A model generated the notes under the pieces. It was not told where the DNA came from. It made no database searches and saw only the letters and a program-made list of their open reading frames with translations. A program made the translations under genes and the position numbers. A DNA stretch of 40,464 nucleotides from a virus (Duplodnaviria > Caudoviricetes), in IMG/VR virus record IMGVR_UViG_3300024265_000115, positions 1 to 40,464 of that record; one strand, 5' to 3'. Of the stretch, positions 18,890 to 27,104 are shown one piece after another (within the stretch, counting starts at the first letter, position 1; every line of letters starts with the position of its first letter).

Positions 18890-19095
18890 TATAGCTCCTC
18901 TAGGAATTCTATGGTTATGCGGACGCGGTGCTTGCTGCCTGTTATCATTTTCTTAGCAATTCCGAATGCGCGACAAAATGCTGTTACGCAAAATGTTCGA
19001 GCGCCCCATCCATTCAAATACTCTATTTGCACAGGAGCCCAGTCAAATGAGCCTCTGGCCAAGATAAACTCTTTACTGTATTTCTTCTTTGCCAT
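18889..19095 (-). CDS. Hypothetical protein
   Basis: GAGG RBS; TAATG coupling. Confidence 0.6.
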   Translation of the reverse strand: MAKKKYSKEFILARGSFDWAPVQIEYLNGWGARTFCVTAFCRAFGIAKKMITGSKHRVRITIEFLEEL

Positions 19096-19281
19096 AATCG
19101 TTACCTCTTCTGTCTTTTCGATGCTTCTCTGCGACGACGTTCTTTCTTAGATAACGGTCCTTCGCAGGAACTACATTTTCGCGGATAGCCAACTTCGTCA
19201 CCTATATAACCACCGCACTGCTCGCACAGTACGCCTTCTATTATCATATCAGCTACGTCGCCCATAATCGTTACCTCTTCT
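19092..19281. repeat. 20-bp direct repeat flanking the 19101-19265 gene
   Basis: CCATAATCGTTACCTCTTCT at 19092-19111 and 19262-19281. Confidence 0.85.
19101..19265 (-). CDS. Small Zn-finger protein, paralog of 18300-18446 (not in ORF track)
   Basis: MGDVADMIIEGVLCEQCG...GYPRKCSSC, 54 aa; GAGG RBS. Confidence 0.75.
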   Translation of the reverse strand: MGDVADMIIEGVLCEQCGGYIGDEVGYPRKCSSCEGPLSKKERRRREASKRQKR

Positions 19282-19618
19282 CTTTCTGCATCTTGAGGAA
19301 CTTCTTGTGCATACGGTGGAGCTTGGCTAGGAATTTGACGGGGTTCTCATAATAGTCGTACACTATACTCATGCAATCAAAGTCAGGATCAATAGTAACC
19401 GCAGGACAAGGGCTACAGCTACCATCTCGGTTGCGTTTCATGTAATCACAAAAGAAGCAGTCTAAATATAACTTATAACCATGCTCTTTGAGCCAGGCCT
19501 CTTTGAGTTTCTCTATGTCCCGCTCATCCCCCGCCTCAATCCTCTCTACGATCCACTCCCACATCTCGATACAGAGACGCCAGACGGTTGCTATTCGCAT
19601 TCCCTTTGTAGTCCTCAT
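19271..19618 (-). CDS. Cys-rich hypothetical protein
   Basis: CFFCDY...CSPCP...C motif. Confidence 0.65.
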   Translation of the reverse strand: MRTTKGMRIATVWRLCIEMWEWIVERIEAGDERDIEKLKEAWLKEHGYKLYLDCFFCDYMKRNRDGSCSPCPAVTIDPDFDCMSIVYDYYENPVKFLAKLHRMHKKFLKMQKEKR

Positions 19619-19989
19619 AATAGTCCTTCCAAGACTTCAAGCATCTTGTGAGCGGCCTTCTGCCAGCGTTTCCATTCTGGGGAGGTTGTGAGAGTGTTAC
19701 TACAAATGTGGAATGATGCTAATTCGGCTTCATTCCAAGCAGAATGTCCAGTCAGACATCCGTTACCGTTAAGGATGAGAAGGCAACTCTCAATACAATC
19801 ATGTATCCCATAATCGTAGTATCGCTCACACAAGGCACATCTCGTAGTCATTAGTGCATTGTCATATTCGCACAACTCTTCCGGCGTAGCCCTACACAAC
19901 TGCCGCCAATGGACAATAGATGCCCTGAGTGCCGCCTTCGGGCCGTTGGCCGCTGCACGCTTAACTGTTTCTCGTGTTTGCCATTTCAT
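19615..19989 (-). CDS. Cys-rich hypothetical protein (probably related to 19271-19618)
   Basis: SIVHW...CALCERY...CIESC...C motif; ATGA overlap. Confidence 0.65.
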   Translation of the reverse strand: MKWQTRETVKRAAANGPKAALRASIVHWRQLCRATPEELCEYDNALMTTRCALCERYYDYGIHDCIESCLLILNGNGCLTGHSAWNEAELASFHICSNTLTTSPEWKRWQKAAHKMLEVLEGLL

Positions 19990-20005
19990 CTTTCAGTTTA
20001 TCCTT

Positions 20006-20230
20006 TCAGCCAAGGAAGGGTTCCGGTTCATATTCTTTTGGCTTCAACATCGCCATTAAGGCATCCGTGACTTCTTGTCCATACCGTGCCGTCACAAGTA
20101 GTCTACCTGCTAAAAAGGTAAGGTCTTCTACGTCTTGCTTCGTAAGAATCGCCCCTCCCACATACTTCTCTGGGTCTATATCCAAGGCGACATGATCCAT
20201 GTGTCCTATCATATCTCTGTCTATTTCCAT
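20006..20230 (-). CDS. Hypothetical protein
   Basis: AAAGGA RBS directly after a structured leader. Confidence 0.65.
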   Translation of the reverse strand: MEIDRDMIGHMDHVALDIDPEKYVGGAILTKQDVEDLTFLAGRLLVTARYGQEVTDALMAMLKPKEYEPEPFLG

Positions 20231-20570
20231 CAGTTCATCCTTTCATAAAATGCCCGGCCGGACTCGTTGCGGAGGGGTGTGACAGGCGGAGTCCGGCGCG
20301 GGCGGTGCATCTTGCCAATTTGCTGCGCAACCTTGAGCTTGCGTGCAGGAGTAAAGAAGTGATCGGCAAGATGGTTATTGGCAAAGCCCGACGGCGAGAT
20401 GAATCGACGAAGACTACGCCGCCGTCGGGGTGAAACACTCCCATCCCGTCGGCATACTCCCGGATTGAGATGGGGCAAAATGCATCCCTGCTGAAAAGTT
20501 TCCAATCGAGTCTGTATTGTAGTCTTCGTCATAGCAATCACAATCGTAACGATTATAGCTTCTGTGTCAA
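20230..20570 (-). promoter_or_regulatory. Promoter plus structured uORF leader (instance A)
   Basis: TTGACA at 20570-20565; ATG at 20532; 5' segment 20530-20519 perfectly complementary to loop 20417-20406 of a 10-bp stem; two further hairpins downstream. Confidence 0.7.
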
Positions 20571-20623
20571 ATCAATTCCGGGCAAAATCTACTTCTGCGC
20601 AAGATGGCGGTTTCTGTTCTTGT

Positions 20624-20773
20624 TCACGCAAAGAACGGCACAACCCACTGGACAATCTTGACAATGGCCGAGACAATCATAATCCAGAGTGATAGCCCGA
20701 GTAGTATAATACCTATCTTCCAGCCGTTGAAAACGAATTGAGCATCGTAGTCGTGTGGGTCTCGTTCATTCAT
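20624..20773 (-). CDS. Small membrane protein, 49 aa (not in ORF track)
   Basis: AAGGAG RBS; MNERDPHDY...IGIILLGLSLWIMIVSAIV. Confidence 0.6.
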   Translation of the reverse strand: MNERDPHDYDAQFVFNGWKIGIILLGLSLWIMIVSAIVKIVQWVVPFFA

Positions 20774-20784
20774 GGTTTACTCCT

Positions 20785-20988
20785 TTATTGCTTTGTATCC
20801 ATGTACTCGCGAACTGATTCCATAGAAGCAACGGGGTGTTCTCGTAGGAAGCTTGATATCGTAGCCATCCCTATGGCAACGAGGTCAATGCAAGTACTAA
20901 TCGGAAGCTCAGGGTGCATTTCCACTGCCATCTCGATTGCTGCATCACGAAACCCGTCGAGGTCTGCTTGCTGTTGCTTATTCAGCAT
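20785..20988 (-). CDS. Hypothetical protein
   Basis: AAGGAA RBS before MLNKQQQ. Confidence 0.55.
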   Translation of the reverse strand: MLNKQQQADLDGFRDAAIEMAVEMHPELPISTCIDLVAIGMATISSFLREHPVASMESVREYMDTKQ

Positions 20989-21445
20989 GAGTCTTTCCTT
21001 TCTTCGCAAGGGCGGATTCGAAAGATTCATCCATGATTTGCAGTAACGCTTCGTTGGTTGCAACGGAATCGTCAGGTCGCGGCATGGACATTATTGCAAT
21101 TGTCGTGCGAGCATTTGTTATCGCGTCCAGCAGGACCTTGATTGTCTTTTGGTCCTGGGCGTAGGAGTTGCAGGCTAGAGCGATATACTTTAGATACGCT
21201 AGTCGTGCCTTATCATTCCAGTCATCCACGTCACCCATTATCAGGGCGGCAGTTCTCTTGCCTCCGATAGATAGCATGAACAATTTGTCATCTATGATAA
21301 TTGGTAGATCGAATGGTGCTTTCGGTGTGTGTTCCTCTGGCATGGTCTTCTCGCAAACACAGCAGAGATAGGCGACTGGGCCTTCGCTTAATTGCTTTAG
21401 GATTAACGGTCTTTGGCATTTAGGGCATCGTGGCATCTCTCTCAT
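20978..21445 (-). CDS. Hypothetical protein with N-terminal Zn ribbon
   Basis: CPKC...CCVC; AAGGAG RBS. Confidence 0.6.
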   Translation of the reverse strand: MREMPRCPKCQRPLILKQLSEGPVAYLCCVCEKTMPEEHTPKAPFDLPIIIDDKLFMLSIGGKRTAALIMGDVDDWNDKARLAYLKYIALACNSYAQDQKTIKVLLDAITNARTTIAIMSMPRPDDSVATNEALLQIMDESFESALAKKGKTHAE

Positions 21446-21464
21446 TCTCCTTTCAAAGTTTCAG

Positions 21465-21674
21465 TCATTCCTCCGCCTGTCTTTGAGACTTCGATCTATA
21501 CGGACTTTTGCACGTCGGACAGCGGAGGTGTGGTATATCCTCGACTCGTGCCACTGTCACAAGCTTCTTAATGTAGAGGTCGATACTGCTTGAACAATTA
21601 GGGCACGTAAGGGACGCCTTGTAATATGCGTGGCCGTCAAAATATGTCCGACCACTGTGAGCATATAAAAACAT
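21465..21674 (-). CDS. Zn-ribbon protein
   Basis: CPNC...CPTC; GAGAGG RBS after a hairpin leader. Confidence 0.6.
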   Translation of the reverse strand: MFLYAHSGRTYFDGHAYYKASLTCPNCSSSIDLYIKKLVTVARVEDIPHLRCPTCKSPYRSKSQRQAEE

Positions 21675-21748
21675 TGCATATCCTCTCTAAAGGTGCCACC
21701 CTACCGGGAACCGCGAAGAAGTGCAGGCCTCGGCGGGCAGCGTTAGAA

Positions 21749-22021
21749 CTACAACCTATCGCAAACGGCAGATTGTTGCAAAGAGAGAACCTTTGCTTTG
21801 AGCATGATAATCTGCTCTTTCCGTAACTGTTTCTTCTTTTTACTCTCTATTCTGCGACTTTCTTGTTCTTGCCTCATCTTGTCTTGGGCCTCTGGGCCTC
21901 TTTCGCTCACGGCCATCATTAAAACGTCGCACATCATTTCGCCAGCAGCATCTTTATCAATCCATGCATCTAGGGCTTCCATGACAATACCCCACTCTTG
22001 CTCACTTAATTTCGTGTCCAT
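21749..22021 (-). CDS. Hypothetical protein
   Basis: GAGAGGG RBS. Confidence 0.6.
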   Translation of the reverse strand: MDTKLSEQEWGIVMEALDAWIDKDAAGEMMCDVLMMAVSERGPEAQDKMRQEQESRRIESKKKKQLRKEQIIMLKAKVLSLQQSAVCDRL

Positions 22022-22060
22022 TAGAAATCCCTCTCGGTTTGGTACTCTGATTGTGATTGA

Positions 22061-22300
22061 TTAGCCGTTGTCATTCTTTTGTGTAAGCCACGCCTTCACG
22101 ATAGCGGGCGAGCCGTGGCACGTACTAGGAATATTGTTGTAGATGTAGTTGCAGATATCGAACATATCACGAAGATTGTCCGAGTCAGCCCGGCCAAATG
22201 CGCCCATCAAATCATTTTCTAAGACTAGCCGTAGAAAGTTTCCTGTCGGACAGTGTTCTTTCGCGTAACGATCAATTGACATCTTGATATCTATTCTCAT
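22061..22300 (-). CDS. Conserved phage hypothetical protein
   Basis: RY.....P.G.FL..VL.NDL..A..RAD..N...P..C.GS...V..W pattern. Confidence 0.7.
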   Translation of the reverse strand: MRIDIKMSIDRYAKEHCPTGNFLRLVLENDLMGAFGRADSDNLRDMFDICNYIYNNIPSTCHGSPAIVKAWLTQKNDNG

Positions 22301-22451
22301 AATCTTACCCTCTCAAAAGGTGCCGCACCACCGGGAGCAGATTATCGGCAGAAGGTTTGTCCCCGGCGGGCGACGTGAATATTAAAGTCAGGATGATTAG
22401 TTTGCCGATAACCATGATTTCTATAATATCGACCAATCTCAAACATAGCAA
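22301..22451 (-). promoter_or_regulatory. Promoter plus structured uORF leader (instance B)
   Basis: TTGCTA-17-TATTAT-7-ATG(22415); 36-aa uORF ends at 22305 next to the RBS; 5' GGTTATCGGCA pairs with loop TGCCGATAATC. Confidence 0.7.
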
Positions 22452-22472
22452 GAGTTATTTTTGAGAATTATC

Positions 22473-22500
22473 TTGCATAAGGTAAGATATTTACTATAAT
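22473..22500 (+). promoter_or_regulatory. Sigma70-like promoter, divergent from instance B
   Basis: TTGCAT-16-TATAAT. Confidence 0.6.
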
Positions 22501-22546
22501 GTGCGATAGTGAATCAGAAACGTATATTCTACTAAAGGAAAAAATT

Positions 22547-22699
22547 ATGGCAAACGCAAAGAAAAGTTTAACGAAGCGCGTGGTTCATCTTGATTTGCCC
22601 GTCAAGATATGGAAAAGGTTCCTGCACTGGTGCGTCGAACAGGGGCATTCAAGCTTGACGGCGGGGATTAAAGAGTTGATTCGGGAAAAGGTGAAATGA
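22547..22699 (+). CDS. Ribbon-helix-helix DNA-binding protein
   Basis: VVHLDLP strand followed by two helices; AAGGA RBS before MANAKK. Confidence 0.6.
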   Translation: MANAKKSLTKRVVHLDLPVKIWKRFLHWCVEQGHSSLTAGIKELIREKVK

Positions 22700-23256
22700 A
22701 ACATATCGTTCTGACGCAAGGGAAAAGTGCGGTTGTAGATGATGATGATTTTGAATTAGTGAATCGTTTTAGATGGTATGCTGTTAATTGCTCCGGCATA
22801 ATCTATGCGAAAACGGGTTCTAGTTATGCGAGTACGCATATCAATGGAAAGCGTAAGAGATGGCAGGCACACATGTATTTGCATCGTTTTTTGCTACACC
22901 CACCTGAAGGCTTTGTTGTTGACCACAAAAATAGCAATCCACTAGATTGCAGGCGTGATAATATGCGCATCTGCAAACAAAAGCACAATACGTACAATCG
23001 TAGAAAGTTAACGATTGGCCAGAGTAAGTATAAGGGTATTAAGTTTCATGGCCGTGACTGTATATGGGAAGCGCATATACAAATAGAAGGGCGGCGGTAT
23101 TACCTGGGACGTTCACGTAACGAAACTCTCGCAGCATTGCTTTACGACAAAGGCGCTTGTGAATTATTTGGGGAGTACGCTTCATTAAACTTTCCCCGAA
23201 TAGAAACAAAGCCCTCCGTGGCTAACGCCCATCCTTACTTGTCGTCGATGGTGTGA
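22696..23256 (+). CDS. HNH endonuclease with AP2 domain
   Basis: LTQGK.A.VDD.D, LHRFLL, VDHKNSNPLDCRRDNMR, SKYKGI, YLG...AALLYD..A..LFGEYA.LNF. Confidence 0.9.
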   Translation: MKHIVLTQGKSAVVDDDDFELVNRFRWYAVNCSGIIYAKTGSSYASTHINGKRKRWQAHMYLHRFLLHPPEGFVVDHKNSNPLDCRRDNMRICKQKHNTYNRRKLTIGQSKYKGIKFHGRDCIWEAHIQIEGRRYYLGRSRNETLAALLYDKGACELFGEYASLNFPRIETKPSVANAHPYLSSMV

Positions 23257-23411
23257 TCCTCGACGTAGGTTGCGCCCGATCTTATATCAGACGCCATGCC
23301 GTGCATTGTCTGCATACAGCCTGAGTTCGTGAACGCCACGACTGCCAACAACCCAATTGCGATAGCCGTAATCAACCATCCGACAACCCTACACTGATTC
23401 TCCTCATTCAT
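23235..23411 (-). CDS. Small entericidin-like lipoprotein, 58 aa (not in ORF track)
   Basis: Hydrophobic segment, then NSGC-MQTMHGMASDIRSG. Confidence 0.55.
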   Translation of the reverse strand: MNEENQCRVVGWLITAIAIGLLAVVAFTNSGCMQTMHGMASDIRSGATYVEDHTIDDK

Positions 23412-23559
23412 CTTCTTTCCTTTCTTTTAGACATTCGATTTTCCGGTGGCAAAACTCAATCGCAAGCCAATACTCCATGAACGCTCGCTGACTCGCCATT
23501 GGGAATGCCGCCCACAATGCGTTTAACTGATCTTGGTATTGTTCTATCGTTCTCATGGC
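23404..23559 (-). CDS. Hypothetical protein
   Basis: ORF overlapping the lipoprotein start; start codon uncertain. Confidence 0.35.
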   Translation of the reverse strand, partial: AMRTIEQYQDQLNALWAAFPMASQRAFMEYWLAIEFCHRKIECLKERKEDE

Positions 23560-23620
23560 ATCTACTTCGACTATTTCAAATCGAGTCTTCAATCTATTTG
23601 AGATTTATTCTGGAATTGTT

Positions 23621-23766
23621 TTGACAGATCGCGGCGGAGGTGTTAGAATTCTGTGATGGACGTTAGAAATCAAAGTGTAATCATGCTTACAATCCCTGGG
23701 TCGGGCCATTTCTTTTTGTTTCTGGCGTCCAAACCGGCCTGGGGAGTTTTCTATTAGGAGAGAATA
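23621..23766 (+). promoter_or_regulatory. Promoter plus structured uORF leader (instance C)
   Basis: TTGACA-17-TAGAAT-6-ATG(23656); 33-aa uORF ends at TAG 23757, overlapping the AGGAG RBS; TGGACGTTAGAAA pairs with loop TTTCTGGCGTCCA. Confidence 0.75.
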
Positions 23767-24021
23767 ATGATAAAGTACAGAACGAAATCGTGGAGCTTGA
23801 AAATAGAAGAGGTAGAAATTAAGCGGCAGACATTGAATTCTGTGTGGCTCATGGATAATGCCCGCCGAGTCAAGATGACGCAGTATGAGAACTACTTTGA
23901 TACAAAAGCTGAAGCGAAGGCGTATTTGGTTGATAAGGCACAGGCAAGAGTCGCCAGCCGAAAACAACAACTCCACAAAGCAAATAGTGAATTAGGCAAC
24001 GCCAAGGCCATAAAGGTTTGA
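23767..24021 (+). CDS. Conserved phage hypothetical protein
   Basis: IEEVEI.R.T..SVW...YFDT..EAK..L pattern; strong RBS. Confidence 0.75.
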   Translation: MIKYRTKSWSLKIEEVEIKRQTLNSVWLMDNARRVKMTQYENYFDTKAEAKAYLVDKAQARVASRKQQLHKANSELGNAKAIKV

Positions 24022-24031
24022 CAACTGAATA

Positions 24032-24187
24032 CAAGAGACGGCGGCGGCCGATGAGGTAAGCAGGAAAAACAAAAATGCCATCCTGCCCGTCTCTTTTTAC
24101 AAGTTCATAGAGCAGGAACCGCATGATGAAGCGTACACCCAGGGAACCCCATTCCTGTCCTGGGCCTGCTTTTTTACAAATTCATCT
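24032..24187 (+). ncRNA. Two tandem structured elements, each ending in a U-tract
   Basis: AAGAGACGG/CCGTCTCTT and AGCAGG/CCTGCT closing stems, each followed by TTTTTACAA(G/A)TTCAT. Confidence 0.45.
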
Positions 24188-24199
24188 AAGGAGAAACAA

Positions 24200-24631
24200 A
24201 TGAGCAATCGAGAGACGAAATTTCGAGGCCAAGGCGTCAGAGATAAGAAGTGGCATTACGGCGGTTATTATTGGGACGGCATGTTTCCGTTTATAGTCGA
24301 AACGGTGGGCGGCAACTATTCATTCTGTGGCGTCATCCCCGAAACCGTCGGCCAATTCACCGGCCTCAAAGACAAGAACGGCAAGGATATATACGAGGGG
24401 GATATTTGTAAGGTGCATATATTCACTCAGGAACTGGGCGAAAATCTTGGCGTGCGGGAAGGTGAGAAGGAATTTGTGGCCCAAGTAAAGATTAGCAAGC
24501 GTGGCGAGGGCGTCATACTTGATAATGGAACTGAAATCGACTCAGGGCCAATATGGGCGTACAATGGATTCCATGAAGAGTCCCTTGAAGTCATCGGTTC
24601 GATCCACACCAACCCGGAACTCCTCGAATGA
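24200..24631 (+). CDS. YopX family protein
   Basis: RETKFRG...W.YG...PETVGQFTGLKDKNGKDIYEGDI...EVIGSIHTNPELLE. Confidence 0.92.
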   Translation: MSNRETKFRGQGVRDKKWHYGGYYWDGMFPFIVETVGGNYSFCGVIPETVGQFTGLKDKNGKDIYEGDICKVHIFTQELGENLGVREGEKEFVAQVKISKRGEGVILDNGTEIDSGPIWAYNGFHEESLEVIGSIHTNPELLE

Positions 24632-24677
24632 AAGAGAGGTATCGCTGCTGGCGCAAGAAATATAAGGAGCTAGGAAT

Positions 24678-25175
24678 ATGAGTCAATATGATTGCAGTTG
24701 GTGTAAGAATAAATTTAAGTTCAAGTTTCCCTATCGCTGCTGGAAGCAAGTAGCAAAGATCATATACACGGCAGCAGAGCGACGCATGACGCCTACATTG
24801 ACGATTGCCTTTGCCTTCGATGGCCGCGAATGGGTGATTGACACAAGCCTCACGCACAACAAACTTACTGAGCTTGGTGGCGACTTGGACATTGCACTTG
24901 TTGAGCCTATGACAAGACAAGAATTCAATAGTCGCAAGGAAAAAGAGGATGCTGGCGATGCTTGGGACTACCATTGGCCTGATGATGTTGTGGATCGCAC
25001 TCGCACATTTACGTTATTGCAGACGGTGTCCGCAATTGATGCGGATCGGGATATGCACATTACAGTCCAAGATTTTTTTGGCTCTCATCTAAGTCATATT
25101 TGCGGTATACGGAAAGTTATAACGGGTGAACATACACAGGTTCACCTTGAAGAAGCTTGGAGCCATAAACCCTAA
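24678..25175 (+). CDS. Hypothetical protein
   Basis: 165-aa ORF with AAGGAG/AGGA RBS. Confidence 0.55.
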   Translation: MSQYDCSWCKNKFKFKFPYRCWKQVAKIIYTAAERRMTPTLTIAFAFDGREWVIDTSLTHNKLTELGGDLDIALVEPMTRQEFNSRKEKEDAGDAWDYHWPDDVVDRTRTFTLLQTVSAIDADRDMHITVQDFFGSHLSHICGIRKVITGEHTQVHLEEAWSHKP

Positions 25176-25224
25176 ACATGAATATAATGCCCTACTCAAA
25201 AGAGTTTGAAGGGGACATACTGAA

Positions 25225-25410
25225 ATGAATGAATTTATAGATACGGCTGAAACAATGGGTATGATGCCTATATGGCAACTACAAGAAAAAGAGCAAGAGT
25301 TGCTTAATAAGGGATTCTCTCGGTGCCCTAGCGATATGCCGGTAGGGCCAGACACGGCGGAGATAGAATTTGCGTTTGTTTTTACAGAGGCATTCTGGAG
25401 AGCGAAATGA
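25225..25410 (+). CDS. Hypothetical protein
   Basis: ATGA coupling to the next gene. Confidence 0.5.
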   Translation: MNEFIDTAETMGMMPIWQLQEKEQELLNKGFSRCPSDMPVGPDTAEIEFAFVFTEAFWRAK

Positions 25411-25817
25411 AAAAACCAACTGATCAATGCAGGCAATGGACTGAGCAAGAGTGCAAGGACGCCGCCATAATGGTGGGCAAGACTGAGGCCGAGGCAGTGG
25501 CGTATTACGAACACTTCGGCGCGGTAGGCTTTGAAGACGGCTGTAAGCGCCCCATAAAGAACCTACGGCTCCACATGCAGAAATTAAAAAGATTGAACTG
25601 GTGGCCGGGGGAAGGTTTCAATAAAAACTCAATACCATCTATCAAGAAGCTCCCCCAACACTTCGGCAAGAACTGCGGGAAATGTGGCCTTCCGGCCCGG
25701 CATAAAACGTCCGGCTCGCACGGAGACAACTACTTTTGTGAAGCTCACATATATCCGAAGACATTAGAGCGGTATCGTGAACGAGGATTCACCAGAGACG
25801 ATGGAAGTGCATTATAA
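25407..25817 (+). CDS. Protein resembling the C-terminal domain of phage replication initiators, plus Zn motif
   Basis: T..EC......AEA..YY.HF...GF..G...IKN pattern; CGKC...C..H. Confidence 0.4.
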   Translation: MKKPTDQCRQWTEQECKDAAIMVGKTEAEAVAYYEHFGAVGFEDGCKRPIKNLRLHMQKLKRLNWWPGEGFNKNSIPSIKKLPQHFGKNCGKCGLPARHKTSGSHGDNYFCEAHIYPKTLERYRERGFTRDDGSAL

Positions 25818-25862
25818 ACGACGAACGCAATAGACAAATGGATGGATTGAGGAAAGCATGAG

Positions 25863-27104
25863 ATGATATGGCTAATCCCCAAGAACTCACAGTTTTATCA
25901 CTTTGTACCGGCTACGGAGGTCTCGAACTCGGACTATCCCGAGCATTGGAAAACCCTCTTAGGGTCGTTGCTGTGGAGATCGAAGCCTACGCGCTGGCGA
26001 ACCTGGTCGCAAAGGCTGAAGAAGGTAAGCTGGCTATCGAAGCTCTGTACCCGGACCTTAAAACCTTCCCGGCAGAACGATTTTCTGGATGCTTTGACAT
26101 CATCCTTGCGGGCTACCCGTGCCAGCCATTCTCAGTCGCCGGCAAGAGACAAGGAACCGACGACCCCCGACACCTTTGGCCGCATATTGCGGAACTCATT
26201 AAGGCAATTAGACCTGTTTGGTGCTTCTTTGAGAACGTCGCCGGACACCTTACCCTCGGATTCCCCGAAGTTTATTGCAGCCTACGAGATATGGGTTACT
26301 CGGTTGAGGCAGGCTTGTTTACAGCGAGCGAGTGCGGCGCGCCTCACAAACGGCAGCGGTTGTTTATCCTGGCCAACAGTGCAAGCGTCGATGATAGGCT
26401 CCGATGCAGAAACGAACACGGCCAGGATGAAGCGGTTGAAGGCCGAAGGGCGGCAGACGGGAGGGATTCGCAACCTGACTCAAGTAGTAATGGAACAAGA
26501 TGGCCAGCCCGCCCCGGCGAGCCCCAGTACGAATGGGAAGAGCCGAGAGTTACCACTGTGGGCGACGCCAAGAAGCAAGACAAGCTCAAGCGGGGAAAAT
26601 GTGGAGTACACGCCGGGCAAGAAGCCAACGAAGAACGGCAAGCCAATATCGACAACACTGACGGATCAAGTGCTATGGCGAACCCCAGCCAAGGAAGAGC
26701 CGGGGATCACGAACGAACGGCTGGAAGGGGAGCTCGGCGCGAGGATGTACGACAAGGAGACGGGGCGGCTGGCTCAGTACGGGCTGACGCAGCAGGTGAA
26801 CTGGGGAACTCCCAGAGCAAACGATGCGGAGAAACGGGGGAACATAACAGACGACCCCCGGAACGGACTACCGGGACAAGCGGAGAATTGGGGGACGCCA
26901 CGACAAACAAACAACGGAGGTCATTGCAGTCCGGAAACGACGGGCAAGGGTTCACGGCTGGAGGATCAGGCGGGAAATCAGGGGCAAAAGCTCAATCCGG
27001 ACTGGGTAGAGCAGCTAATGGGCCTGGTCGTCAGGTGGACAGACTGCGATTATGTGGCAACGGAGTCGTACCCCAACAGGCCGAACTCGCATTTAGGAGC
27101 TTGA
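25863..27104 (+). CDS. Overlapping-frame C5-MTase partner polypeptide (motif IX plus W-x-T-P repeats)
   Basis: 413 codons without a stop inside the MTase gene; five W-x-T-[PV] units; LNPDWVEQLMG motif IX-like segment. Confidence 0.7.
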   Translation: MIWLIPKNSQFYHFVPATEVSNSDYPEHWKTLLGSLLWRSKPTRWRTWSQRLKKVSWLSKLCTRTLKPSRQNDFLDALTSSLRATRASHSQSPARDKEPTTPDTFGRILRNSLRQLDLFGASLRTSPDTLPSDSPKFIAAYEIWVTRLRQACLQRASAARLTNGSGCLSWPTVQASMIGSDAETNTARMKRLKAEGRQTGGIRNLTQVVMEQDGQPAPASPSTNGKSRELPLWATPRSKTSSSGENVEYTPGKKPTKNGKPISTTLTDQVLWRTPAKEEPGITNERLEGELGARMYDKETGRLAQYGLTQQVNWGTPRANDAEKRGNITDDPRNGLPGQAENWGTPRQTNNGGHCSPETTGKGSRLEDQAGNQGQKLNPDWVEQLMGLVVRWTDCDYVATESYPNRPNSHLGA

